Made by a program: the position numbers and the translations under genes | From: a virus | Strand: one strand, 5' to 3' | IMG/VR virus record: IMGVR_UViG_3300046791_000499 | Span: 64,001 to 128,000 of that record | Length of the DNA stretch: 64,000 nucleotides | In this document: positions 56,295 to 64,000 of the stretch, piece after piece | Layout of the letters: every line of letters starts with the position of its first letter | How positions within the stretch are numbered: the stretch's first letter is position 1 | The notes under the pieces: generated by a model | Seen by the model: only the letters and a program-made list of their open reading frames with translations | Databases searched by the model: none | Told to the model about the DNA's origin: nothing

Positions 56295-56549
56295 TCATGG
56301 CGTCTCGACCTCCCGGAACAACTCGCTCCGAGGCACACCGAGCGCTTTCGCCATGGCGTCGAGCCGCTCGGGCTTCGGCCACCTTGGGTGTTCGCCGAGG
56401 TACTCGAACCGCAGCTTGGTCGCCGCCTTGTAGGACGCCCCGCCCAAGCCGATCGCCTTGGCGAAGGCGGCCTCGGTCATCTCGCTTTTGGCGAGCAGCC
56501 GGCGGACGTTGTAGGAGAGCAGGCCCGCGGCGGAGAGCGTCGCGGTCAT
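56295..56549 (-). CDS. XRE-type HTH protein
   Basis: 'NVRRLLAK..MTEAAFAKAIG...P.PERLDAMAKALGV..SELF'. Confidence 0.8.
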   Translation of the reverse strand: MTATLSAAGLLSYNVRRLLAKSEMTEAAFAKAIGLGGASYKAATKLRFEYLGEHPRWPKPERLDAMAKALGVPRSELFREVETP

Positions 56550-56836
56550 GGCTCACCCGCCTTCGCCCGCAGTTCGGCGAGGTCCTGTTCTGCCTGCTCG
56601 AGCCGGAGTTTGAGCATGTGGTCGGCCGAAGCCTGCGCCAGTTTGGCGATGTCGGTCGCGAGCACGCGGCCAGACGGGCCGTTGTACCTGCCGTGCTGGT
56701 CGATCCACGCGACCTCGTAGCCGCTGCGATCGGTGTCCACCCACAGGCAAGGCCGGCCGTCATCGTCCACATGCCAGGTGCACGAGAACATGCTGCCCTC
56801 GAGCGGGTACTTGGCGTTCAGTTCGGCGACGGTCAT
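56546..56836 (-). CDS. Hypothetical protein
   Basis: ATGA-coupled ORF. Confidence 0.6.
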   Translation of the reverse strand: MTVAELNAKYPLEGSMFSCTWHVDDDGRPCLWVDTDRSGYEVAWIDQHGRYNGPSGRVLATDIAKLAQASADHMLKLRLEQAEQDLAELRAKAGEP

Positions 56837-57315
56837 CGTGCTGCCTCGATTCCAGCCAACAGCATGCTGAGTGCGCGCTCCGGGCCTGGCCCCTCGCCCG
56901 CCGCCGCGAACCTGTCTGCGGCTTCGCGGGCCGACTCGTCGGGCAACATCTTCAACTCGAGCAAGGTCTCGCCGCTGCTCGCCAGCACCAGCCACCCTGC
57001 CCCGTCGGCATCCAGGTCGTTGATGAGGCCGCCCATCCGGCGCTTGGGGTTCGGCTCCCGACGCAGACGCACGTCCACCATCGCAGCCTTGGCCTTCACC
57101 AACTCGTCGCGCTTGCGGGATCGCTCGTATACGGCGTCGGTCACTGCCCGGGGAACCAGAGCGGTGGCGGAGCCATTGCACGCCAGACCGCAACTGTCGG
57201 CACAGATGTCGAACGCGTCGGCGGCTGCGTCGAACGTCACCTCCACGCCGCGCATCACGGCGGTGTCGGGGCTGTTCGGATCCCAGGTCCAAGGCTCGGG
57301 GAGTTCGGCGCTCAT
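56833..57315 (-). CDS. Hypothetical protein sharing a C-terminal domain with 57312-58133
   Basis: 'WLVLASSG..LLELKMLPDESA..A..RF.AA...PGPERA'. Confidence 0.7.
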   Translation of the reverse strand: MSAELPEPWTWDPNSPDTAVMRGVEVTFDAAADAFDICADSCGLACNGSATALVPRAVTDAVYERSRKRDELVKAKAAMVDVRLRREPNPKRRMGGLINDLDADGAGWLVLASSGETLLELKMLPDESAREAADRFAAAGEGPGPERALSMLLAGIEAAR

Positions 57316-58133
57316 GACCGCATCTCCGCTACGTACTGGCGGAGGATCTCAGCGGCGCGCTCGGGCCCTGGCGTGTCTTCGGCTGCATCGAAGCGTGCCT
57401 CGGCCACGGCCGCCGACTCGCCGGGCAGCATCTCCAGTTCGAGCACGTACTTGCCATCGGCCGCGATCACCAGCCAGTCGGTCGAGTTGATCTCGTTGAT
57501 CGAACCGAGCGCCGCAGCCTCGTGGCTGTACTCGCTACGTGCGTGGGTGCGTGGCAGCTTTTGGATCCCATACAGGGTCTCGAACGCGTACTTGCCCTCG
57601 TACCGAAGTTCGACCCCGGTGATCCGCTCGCCGACGGTGCCGAAGTGACGCGACGCATCGCGACGTGCTTGCTGCGCGGCCTCGCGGTCGGCGACGATCT
57701 TCTCGGCCAGTTCGTTGTCGGTCAGAGATCCGTGCCCGAGCAGGAAGTTGGCGGCACGCTCGCCGTCCTCCCGTTCCTCGCGGGTGCGTCGCTCGGCGGC
57801 CATCCGCTCGCGGCGCTCGCCATCGCGCAGGTTCGCGATGCGCTCGCGCTTGCCGTCGCGCACGGCCTGACCCTCGCCGGCTTTCTCGGCGCAGTCGCAG
57901 CCGACCTTGAACTTTCGGTCGTCTGCCGTGGCGAAGGTGAACACGTTCCAGATCGCCTGACCGCACAGGTCACATGAGCCCCCGCACATGTTGGTCGTGT
58001 ACGGGAGGCCAGCAGCCGAAGCCGCGGCGTTCGTGGCTTGGCGATCCTCGGTGGTCTCGAGCCCGACGAACCGATAGGGGCCCGCGCCGAAGATGGCGAA
58101 GGGATGTTCGGGGAGTTTGGCGGCGGCGCTCAT
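57312..58133 (-). CDS. Zn-binding protein, probably chimeric
   Basis: 'GSCDLCGQAI...KVGCDC', 'SRHFGTVGER'; duplicated C-terminal domain. Confidence 0.7.
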   Translation of the reverse strand: MSAAAKLPEHPFAIFGAGPYRFVGLETTEDRQATNAAASAAGLPYTTNMCGGSCDLCGQAIWNVFTFATADDRKFKVGCDCAEKAGEGQAVRDGKRERIANLRDGERRERMAAERRTREEREDGERAANFLLGHGSLTDNELAEKIVADREAAQQARRDASRHFGTVGERITGVELRYEGKYAFETLYGIQKLPRTHARSEYSHEAAALGSINEINSTDWLVIAADGKYVLELEMLPGESAAVAEARFDAAEDTPGPERAAEILRQYVAEMRS

Positions 58134-58135
58134 GG

Positions 58136-58417
58136 TCAGATGACCTCCGCTGCCATGACGGCGAAAGTTGTCCCGCGGTGGCCGCTCATCTGGATGAAGA
58201 AGCCGACCCCCGTGTTGATGTTGCGCATGATCGTACGGTTCGCCTTGCGCTTGCCGACGAGGTCGGCGCCCATCTCGCTCATCTTGGTGATCTCGCCTTC
58301 CCACGCGTGCTCGTTCGAGCCGGTGGAGCGCAGGGTCAGCCTGACGCGGGTGCCCACGGGCATGGCGAACAGTTGCGCGGCGGCGGCTTGGGCGATCTCG
58401 GTGGCGTCGATCATCAT
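58136..58417 (-). CDS. Hypothetical protein, first gene after a putative promoter
   Basis: ORF start 9 nt from CATAAT. Confidence 0.6.
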   Translation of the reverse strand: MMIDATEIAQAAAAQLFAMPVGTRVRLTLRSTGSNEHAWEGEITKMSEMGADLVGKRKANRTIMRNINTGVGFFIQMSGHRGTTFAVMAAEVI

Positions 58418-58426
58418 TGCCCGGCT

Positions 58427-58454
58427 ATTATGTACCGCCGCGCAGGATATACAA
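58427..58454 (-). promoter_or_regulatory. Sigma70-like (early?) promoter
   Basis: TTGTAT-16 nt-CATAAT in an AT-rich gap. Confidence 0.55.
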
Positions 58455-58501
58455 TAGTCCGACGCTGATTTATTTGCGCGCGAATACGCCCGGCTGGCGC
58501 G

Positions 58502-60244
58502 TCACTTCCGCAGCTCTCGCCCGAGCACGACCTGCTTGTCGGCCACGTCGTCCATGAGCCCGAGCCCGCGTAGCTTGGTCATGGCGTTCCTGAACGTGCC
58601 CGAAGTCGCACTCAGGCCGGCGCGGAATGCTGCCGTCTCCCGGGTGACCGGTTCGCTCGTGGCAGCCAGGACCTCGAACAGCCGGCGGTGCGCGCCTCCG
58701 AGCTTGCCTGCCCAGAACTCGAGCAGTTTCGCGCCGGTGGGCAGGGGCGTGAAGGTGCCCGCGTACTTGCGCTTGGCCTCCGCGCTGGCCTCGAGCATGC
58801 CGGTCGAGACGTCCACGAGCAGGGGCGGTGTGGCACCACGCAGCGTGGTCATCGCATTGCGGAAGGTGCCCGACTTTGGGGAGAGGCCGGCGAGCAGAGC
58901 GGCTCGGGTCCTGGTGACGGGCTTGCCGACTTGGAGCAGTACGGTCAGCACACGGCTTGGAGCGCCGCCAAGATCGCCGGGCGTGGTCTTGACCGGCTTC
59001 TCGTCGGGCGCGGCGTTGCGTGCCCGCGACGCGCCGACGCTCACCTGCACGATCGGAGTCACCGTCGGCGGAGGCGCGATGATGCGTGGCCTCGTCGTGG
59101 CCTCGGCCATCCAGTCCGGGATCCAAGGATCCGCGATCGCTGGGCTCACATGGCGAGGCTCCGCTGGGGTGACGGCCACGGCCTGACCACCGTTGGCTCG
59201 AGTCCAGCCCTGCGCACGCTGCAGTCCGTCGACTGCCTTGGAGATGGCCTCGCTCAGCCGGGCGTTCTCCCCTCGGACCGCAAGCAGTTCGGCCTCGAGT
59301 TCGGCGACGCGCTCTTGGGCTGCGGTGTCGACCACGATGCGCACCGCTGCTGCTTCCGACTCTGGCTCTGGCACGCCGAGGTCGCCGAGCTGCGCGACAA
59401 GTTCGGCCACTCGCTTGTTCGACGCTGGGACCTGCACGAGATGCCGCGCTCCCGGTCGCACGTGCTGCGTGAGCGTCGTGTGGTTCGTCCTGAACCTGGC
59501 CACGCCATCGAAATTGAAGGCCGAGCCGCTCGCCATGAACTCGCCGGGCAGCAGCCCTTGGAGCGTCGACCACTTGCTCTTGCCCTCGAACCCGAGGATC
59601 GCCGACGCGCGGGTGAGGTCGAGGTCCTGCGCGAACCTGCCGACCATGAGGTTGTTGGCCTCGGCGGCGGCGTCCTTCGCCAGCTTGGAGAACCGCTGGG
59701 TCGCGAGGATGCCTCCGAACCCGCGCTTGCGCCCCGAGTCCATGAGGTCGATGACGGCCTGCCTGCTCTCCGCCTTGCCCGACTCTGGCGCGAACCGGTG
59801 GGCTTCGTCGATCACGATCAGCCGAGGTCGCCACAGAGCACGCGGTGCGGCGAGCAGCCCTTCGATGAACAGCCGCAAGTAGAGCCGCTTGGCGTCCAGG
59901 GTGAGGTCGCTCAGATCCAAGATGGCCGAGCAGTTGAGTTCGAGCAGGCGCAGGGCGAGCCGCATGGCCGTGCTCGGGTCCGCGACGATGTCACCCTCGC
60001 GCTTGCCTCCGACGAGCACCGCGTTGACGTGCGTGCGCAGGCTGGCGTACTCGCCCTCGGGGTCGACGATGGCGACGGGGATCCGGTTGGCCAGGCCCTC
60101 GATCAGCAGGCGCAACGCTTGGCTCTTGCCGCCGCCCGAGTTCGCGCACAGCAGCAAGCGGGAGACGGTCAGCTCCAAGGGGTCGACGGTGACGATCGTC
60201 TCGGCGCCGGGCGGGGTCAGGACGATGGGCTCGCGGGTGATCAT
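58502..60244 (-). CDS. HerA/FtsK-family (DUF87-like) ATPase with C-terminal tandem wHTH
   Basis: Walker A 'ANSGGGKS', 'VDPEGEY', Walker B 'IVIDEAH', 'GRKRG', 'ATQR'; repeated 'SGTFRNAMT.LRG'. Confidence 0.9.
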   Translation of the reverse strand: MITREPIVLTPPGAETIVTVDPLELTVSRLLLCANSGGGKSQALRLLIEGLANRIPVAIVDPEGEYASLRTHVNAVLVGGKREGDIVADPSTAMRLALRLLELNCSAILDLSDLTLDAKRLYLRLFIEGLLAAPRALWRPRLIVIDEAHRFAPESGKAESRQAVIDLMDSGRKRGFGGILATQRFSKLAKDAAAEANNLMVGRFAQDLDLTRASAILGFEGKSKWSTLQGLLPGEFMASGSAFNFDGVARFRTNHTTLTQHVRPGARHLVQVPASNKRVAELVAQLGDLGVPEPESEAAAVRIVVDTAAQERVAELEAELLAVRGENARLSEAISKAVDGLQRAQGWTRANGGQAVAVTPAEPRHVSPAIADPWIPDWMAEATTRPRIIAPPPTVTPIVQVSVGASRARNAAPDEKPVKTTPGDLGGAPSRVLTVLLQVGKPVTRTRAALLAGLSPKSGTFRNAMTTLRGATPPLLVDVSTGMLEASAEAKRKYAGTFTPLPTGAKLLEFWAGKLGGAHRRLFEVLAATSEPVTRETAAFRAGLSATSGTFRNAMTKLRGLGLMDDVADKQVVLGRELRK

Positions 60245-60666
60245 GTTGTGGGATCCTTCACAGGCCCAAGCTTCTTGGATGCCACGCACTGGGAGCAGAT
60301 CGGTTCATACGACTGGCCTTCATCGATCGCAGCGGCGCCGGCTGGGATGTCGCCGATCCTCACCACCTGCTCGCGTTCGATCCAGCGCGAGCTCACATCT
60401 GGCGTCTCGCGCAGACGATAGAGTCCGGGAAGATCATCATCGAACTCGCCGAGCCCGACTGCCAGCCACGCCGTGCCCTCGTTGACCGACCACCGTTTGA
60501 CCACGATGACCCCGGGTACGAACACCATAGCAAGCGCGACCGGCTCTCCAAGGCGCGACGTCCTCGAGCGCACGAGTGCTCCACTGGGGACTTGCATGGC
60601 CTCGTCCTCGTGACTCGCGGTGATGCGATGCCAGGCATGCAGCCCTTTGGGGTTCTCGATCCTCAT
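60241..60666 (-). CDS. Hypothetical protein
   Basis: 'AMQVPSGALVR...AMVFVPGV'. Confidence 0.6.
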   Translation of the reverse strand: MRIENPKGLHAWHRITASHEDEAMQVPSGALVRSRTSRLGEPVALAMVFVPGVIVVKRWSVNEGTAWLAVGLGEFDDDLPGLYRLRETPDVSSRWIEREQVVRIGDIPAGAAAIDEGQSYEPICSQCVASKKLGPVKDPTT

Positions 60667-61169
60667 GACGCCACCTGCCCAGACAGCCACTTGCGGACAT
60701 GCGCGAGAGCAGCGGTCCGGGCTTCATCCTCGGTGTCCATGGGGCCCTTGTCCAAGCTGTTGTACTCGCAGCCGTAGAAGTACCAGCCGGCCATGCTGGG
60801 CACCGTCGTCTGGCTGTAGCGGACACTGGCGAGAACCTTGCCGCCTTTGACCAGGTCGGCTCCGCGAGCTCGCGGTTCCCGAAGGCTGGTCTCGGTCGAC
60901 ACGCGCCACCGGAGCGGGGACTTGCGGCCGTCGACCTTGACCGCGGCCAGCGCGAGCTCGACGTGCGTGAGAGCAACAAACCCTGCGCCCTCGATGTAGA
61001 CCCCGGCCGTGTGGCCTCCGAGGATGCAGGCTTGGGTCGATGTCACGCCCGTCCTGCCCTCGCCGTCGCGGGTGCCCGTCCAATAGCGGACCGCGGTCTC
61101 GGCCGGATGCTGCCATGCGTCGACCTGCTGTTGGAGTTGCTTCGGGGTGGGCGGCTTGCGGGTGGCCAT
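60663..61169 (-). CDS. Conserved phage hypothetical protein
   Basis: 'T.TQA.ILGGHTAGVYIEG.GFVALTHV'. Confidence 0.65.
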   Translation of the reverse strand: MATRKPPTPKQLQQQVDAWQHPAETAVRYWTGTRDGEGRTGVTSTQACILGGHTAGVYIEGAGFVALTHVELALAAVKVDGRKSPLRWRVSTETSLREPRARGADLVKGGKVLASVRYSQTTVPSMAGWYFYGCEYNSLDKGPMDTEDEARTAALAHVRKWLSGQVAS

Positions 61170-61269
61170 GCGAGCCCGTACCGCGACCGAGCGTGCCGTC
61201 TTCCCGCTGGCCACGCGAAGTTTGCCGGGGTATCGTTACACTGATAACGAAACCCATAACGAAACGTAC

Positions 61270-61938
61270 ATGCCACGCCACTCCATATTGGACAGCCGTA
61301 CAAAGCGTAATCGTGTAATCCGCGCCGTCGCCGATGGGATGACTTTGAAGGCGGCAGCGGAAGAAGTTGGGATGACGACCATGTCGCTCAGTCGGTATTG
61401 CCGCGCGCATCCCGAGTTCGCAGAGTCGCTGGCTCGAACCCGGGCGGCTGCGGCTGCCGGCCACAATGCCCCCGAACTCGAGCCGCCCGAGCCCATTGTC
61501 GACGAGCCCGATCCCACGCGCGACGCCAAACTGGTCGCCGAGGTTCTCGGGGTTCCGGCGGAGATCGCCATGGACGTCGACCGGCTGGTGCAGTCCGAGA
61601 CCGAACTGGCGGTGGGCGAGGCTGTCCCTCGACTCACCCTGCGCTCGTACACGGACCTGTGTTGGAAGCGAGCGAGCGACGGGAAGCGGAAGGACGCGTC
61701 GGCTTGGGCGAGGCTCCTGGCGCCTGTCATGTTCGGGCCGGTGCTCGATGCCCAAGGCCGGCGAGCCGCAGCGCTTGGCGTGCTCGAGTCTGCGTCCACG
61801 GCTGGCGAGCCCAGCGACACCGACGAAGACGAGAAGCCCTCGCGCGCTGGAATGACCGTGCTCGAAGTCCCAAGGAACGCAGCTCGGCCGCACCTGCATC
61901 GCGACCGGGAGATCCTGGACGCCGAGGTCGTAGACTGA
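61270..61938 (+). CDS. Putative terminase small subunit (N-terminal HTH)
   Basis: 'VIRAVADGMTLKAAAEEVGM...LSRY...HPEFAE.L..R'; C-terminal 'VLEVPRN'. Confidence 0.6.
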   Translation: MPRHSILDSRTKRNRVIRAVADGMTLKAAAEEVGMTTMSLSRYCRAHPEFAESLARTRAAAAAGHNAPELEPPEPIVDEPDPTRDAKLVAEVLGVPAEIAMDVDRLVQSETELAVGEAVPRLTLRSYTDLCWKRASDGKRKDASAWARLLAPVMFGPVLDAQGRRAAALGVLESASTAGEPSDTDEDEKPSRAGMTVLEVPRNAARPHLHRDREILDAEVVD

Positions 61939-61980
61939 GCCGGCTGGAATCGGGCCCGCGGCACGGCGGTCTTGGTCAGC

Positions 61981-62499
61981 ATGAGCAGCGTCGACGCCAT
62001 CTTGTTCTACGGCTACCTGTGGTCTGACGAGGAGGATGACGGCGAGATCGCCTGTGCGATCCATTCTGAGACCGACCCGAGCAAATGCTCCTCCAACGAT
62101 TGGGACTCCGTCGTTTACGCGAGGCGCGGCCATCTGAACCCATGGTCCAACTTCACCGAGGATGAGCGGCTCCCCTACGCCGAGCGACAAGCGGCAACCG
62201 CCCGATGGGTTGAGGAGAACCGCGAGGCCATCGACCGATTGCACAAGGAGCAGGCCGAGATCCGCGCGGAGTTCGGCGTCTCGCTCTCCTCTCACGGCCA
62301 TTACGACTGCTCGGTCCCTCATCTCCTGGTCGTCGGCACCAAGCAGACCGTCAGCTTCACCGAAGGGCTCGCGCTTGCGCCGAGCATGCTTGCCGTCGAC
62401 CCCGACTGGCGCGACCGGCTCGACAAATGGCTGGCCGAGTTCGGCATCGCGGCGCCCCAGCCCGAGCCGAAATGGTGGATGGTCGCGCACTACGGCTAG
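61981..62499 (+). CDS. Hypothetical protein
   Basis: 'DAILFYGY ... PKWWMVAHYG'. Confidence 0.7.
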   Translation: MSSVDAILFYGYLWSDEEDDGEIACAIHSETDPSKCSSNDWDSVVYARRGHLNPWSNFTEDERLPYAERQAATARWVEENREAIDRLHKEQAEIRAEFGVSLSSHGHYDCSVPHLLVVGTKQTVSFTEGLALAPSMLAVDPDWRDRLDKWLAEFGIAAPQPEPKWWMVAHYG

Positions 62500-62824
62500 A
62501 AGGCCGAGTGGCCACCAGTTCGCCTGGCGTGAAGCGACGCTGGTTGCCCATCGGCGTCTTCCCGAGCCGACCCCATTCGGCCAGTTCCGCCCACAGCCGT
62601 GCGAAGCGTGGATCCGTCAGCGCCGCGAACCCGTCGTCATGCAGATGCAGTGTGGCAAAGCTCAGCCGATCGTGTCCCCAATCGAACGAGAACTCGTACT
62701 TGCAGGAGCCGTCGCTATGGGACAGGCCAACGGTGATGGATGCGCTCTCGTCGACGAGCCTCGCCGCTTCCCAATGCCAGGCTTCATGGTTGACGTGATA
62801 CCCGGCGATGATGTCCTCGGTCAT
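62357..62824 (-). CDS. Hypothetical protein, 3' end probably truncated or running into the convergent gene
   Basis: Coding-like up to 'FTPGELVA', then overlaps the + gene by about 140 nt. Confidence 0.5.
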   Translation of the reverse strand: MTEDIIAGYHVNHEAWHWEAARLVDESASITVGLSHSDGSCKYEFSFDWGHDRLSFATLHLHDDGFAALTDPRFARLWAELAEWGRLGKTPMGNQRRFTPGELVATRPSSRSARPSTISARAGAPRCRTRPAICRAGRASRGRRQACSAQARALR

Positions 62825-62883
62825 GTCCCGTCAACCTCGGGTCCCGCGTCCGATTCCCTGGACCTCGTACCTGCCTCGGAGCA

Positions 62884-63651
62884 TCATGGCCCGACCCAAT
62901 CCAGCCCGTACGTTATGGCGCGCTCGAGGTCTTTCCCCGTGAACATGGCGGCGATGGCATCCGCGTCTTCTTTGACCAAGCACATGGCCTTGGGCAACCG
63001 ACCTGGTGAAAGGCGAACCGCCCACTCGGACCCGCTCGCCAATGCTCGCCACGGCCGAGGTCGTAGCCGCGCGGCTACGTCGTGGCCAAGTTGTGTCAGC
63101 CCGAATGGACCACTCGTGGTCGGAGCCCACAGGCCGAATCGGACGGCCGTGTCGTAGGCCAAGCACTGCTCCTTGCTCGTCAGATCGATCGGCGTACTGC
63201 AGTCAGCCGCACAACGAAGGAGGAACGCTCGCAGGTTCCAGTTCTCCGCCGAATCATCAGCGCGGATTCGGGCGACGATGAGCCCCGCGTCACTGGGCGC
63301 CGCGCCTCGTTCTCGTGGTGGCGCCTCCGGCTCACCGCGGCGGGCTTCCGCGTAATCGCGCTGCAGCTTCTCTGCTGCGTCGGTCCACGGCTCGAGCATG
63401 AGTTCGGCTGCGTCGATCAAGCACCGGTGCAGTTCGGCGCCGACGCGCTCGCCATCGACGGCCCACACGATGATCGAGTTCGCGTCGTGGCCATCCAGCG
63501 GGATGCTCGTCTCCGATGCCTCGACCCACACGCGGCTGGTGAGTTGGCCGGGAGCCGGCTTGAAGTACCGGACCACCAATGTGATCGTGGCGATCTCGTC
63601 TTCGGCTGCTGCGACCAACAGGCCGCGCTCGGGTGGGTCCTGCTCAGGCAT
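62884..63651 (-). CDS. Hypothetical protein
   Basis: ORF from MPEQDP. Confidence 0.55.
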   Translation of the reverse strand: MPEQDPPERGLLVAAAEDEIATITLVVRYFKPAPGQLTSRVWVEASETSIPLDGHDANSIIVWAVDGERVGAELHRCLIDAAELMLEPWTDAAEKLQRDYAEARRGEPEAPPRERGAAPSDAGLIVARIRADDSAENWNLRAFLLRCAADCSTPIDLTSKEQCLAYDTAVRFGLWAPTTSGPFGLTQLGHDVAARLRPRPWRALASGSEWAVRLSPGRLPKAMCLVKEDADAIAAMFTGKDLERAITYGLDWVGP

Positions 63652-63982
63652 GACCGCGCTCGACCGAGTAGGTGTAGCTGGCAAGGTTGCCGCGCGAGAG
63701 CGGGCAGTTCTGGTCGTGCGTCTCGCCATCGTCTTCGTCGCACTCACACACGAGCCGGCCGTTGGCGTCCATCGTGACGACGGGGCATTCGGCCGTGCAC
63801 ATGAGCGCCGCCTCGACGACATGCTGGCGGGTCGACGCGATCGCCTGCATGTCTCCGTTGGTCGCAACCCAGCGCCCGACGAACGGGACATCGACGAGCC
63901 AGCCGGGCAACGCTTCGAGCGCGAACGCACCCAGGGGCGTTCCATCACCGTGCTCACCGACATCGCTACCGAGCCGGTCCAT
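63644..63982 (-). CDS. Hypothetical protein with Cys/His C-terminus
   Basis: 'CECD...H..NCP'. Confidence 0.5.
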   Translation of the reverse strand: MDRLGSDVGEHGDGTPLGAFALEALPGWLVDVPFVGRWVATNGDMQAIASTRQHVVEAALMCTAECPVVTMDANGRLVCECDEDDGETHDQNCPLSRGNLASYTYSVERGHA

Positions 63983-64000
63983 CGGTCCAACCTCGTGGTC

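Larger units (their letters stand above)
1..64000. mobile_element. Part of a myovirus-like phage/prophage genome (boundaries not in view)
   Basis: Complete contractile-tail and head gene set, portal, terS-like gene, and dense overlapping (ATGA/GTGA) small ORFs; no host housekeeping operons; no integrase or att site seen. Confidence 0.92.

Noticed and set aside
1-64000. Stop-codon reassignment as the cause of the in-frame fusions
   Set aside because: Core genes are full length in the standard code and use TGA and TAG as stops

Overview
The window is about 64 kb of a high-GC myovirus-type (pro)phage. The host is probably myxobacterial (Nannocystaceae-like), inferred from a GDGDGD/Cys-rich lipoprotein at 10109-11065. 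A contiguous minus-strand virion module (34175->11139) runs from a DUF2213-type head protease/scaffold through decoration, capsid, neck, sheath, tube, chaperones, tape measure and baseplate to the tail fibre. The portal (47236-49494,+), a probable small terminase (61270-61938,+) and a probable endolysin (42579-43598,-) lie apart, among many small accessory ORFs. I saw no large terminase or integrase. Recognisable accessory genes are a 5'-3' exonuclease, tRNA-fMet, an RNase II/R-dsRBD fusion, a HerA-like ATPase, XRE/Fis regulators, and a Panacea-like gene next to a disrupted proteasome-like protease. Three observations stand out. (1) A family of accessory proteins with CxxCxG Zn-fingers and a TIGR02996-like motif ends in fragments of different virion proteins (baseplate J, sheath domain, wedge, head closure), and one 84-bp near-identical copy of the baseplate wedge gene has been captured in frame into another small ORF. 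This is a candidate virion-fragment decoy or assembly-interference system. (2) The head protease is an 1130-aa polyprotein carrying ADP-ribosyltransferase and 2H-phosphoesterase domains separated by R-x-D motifs that recur at the portal and capsid N-termini. (3) There are serial-insertion scars and gene-flanking direct repeats. All family assignments come from reading motifs by eye; no searches were run.
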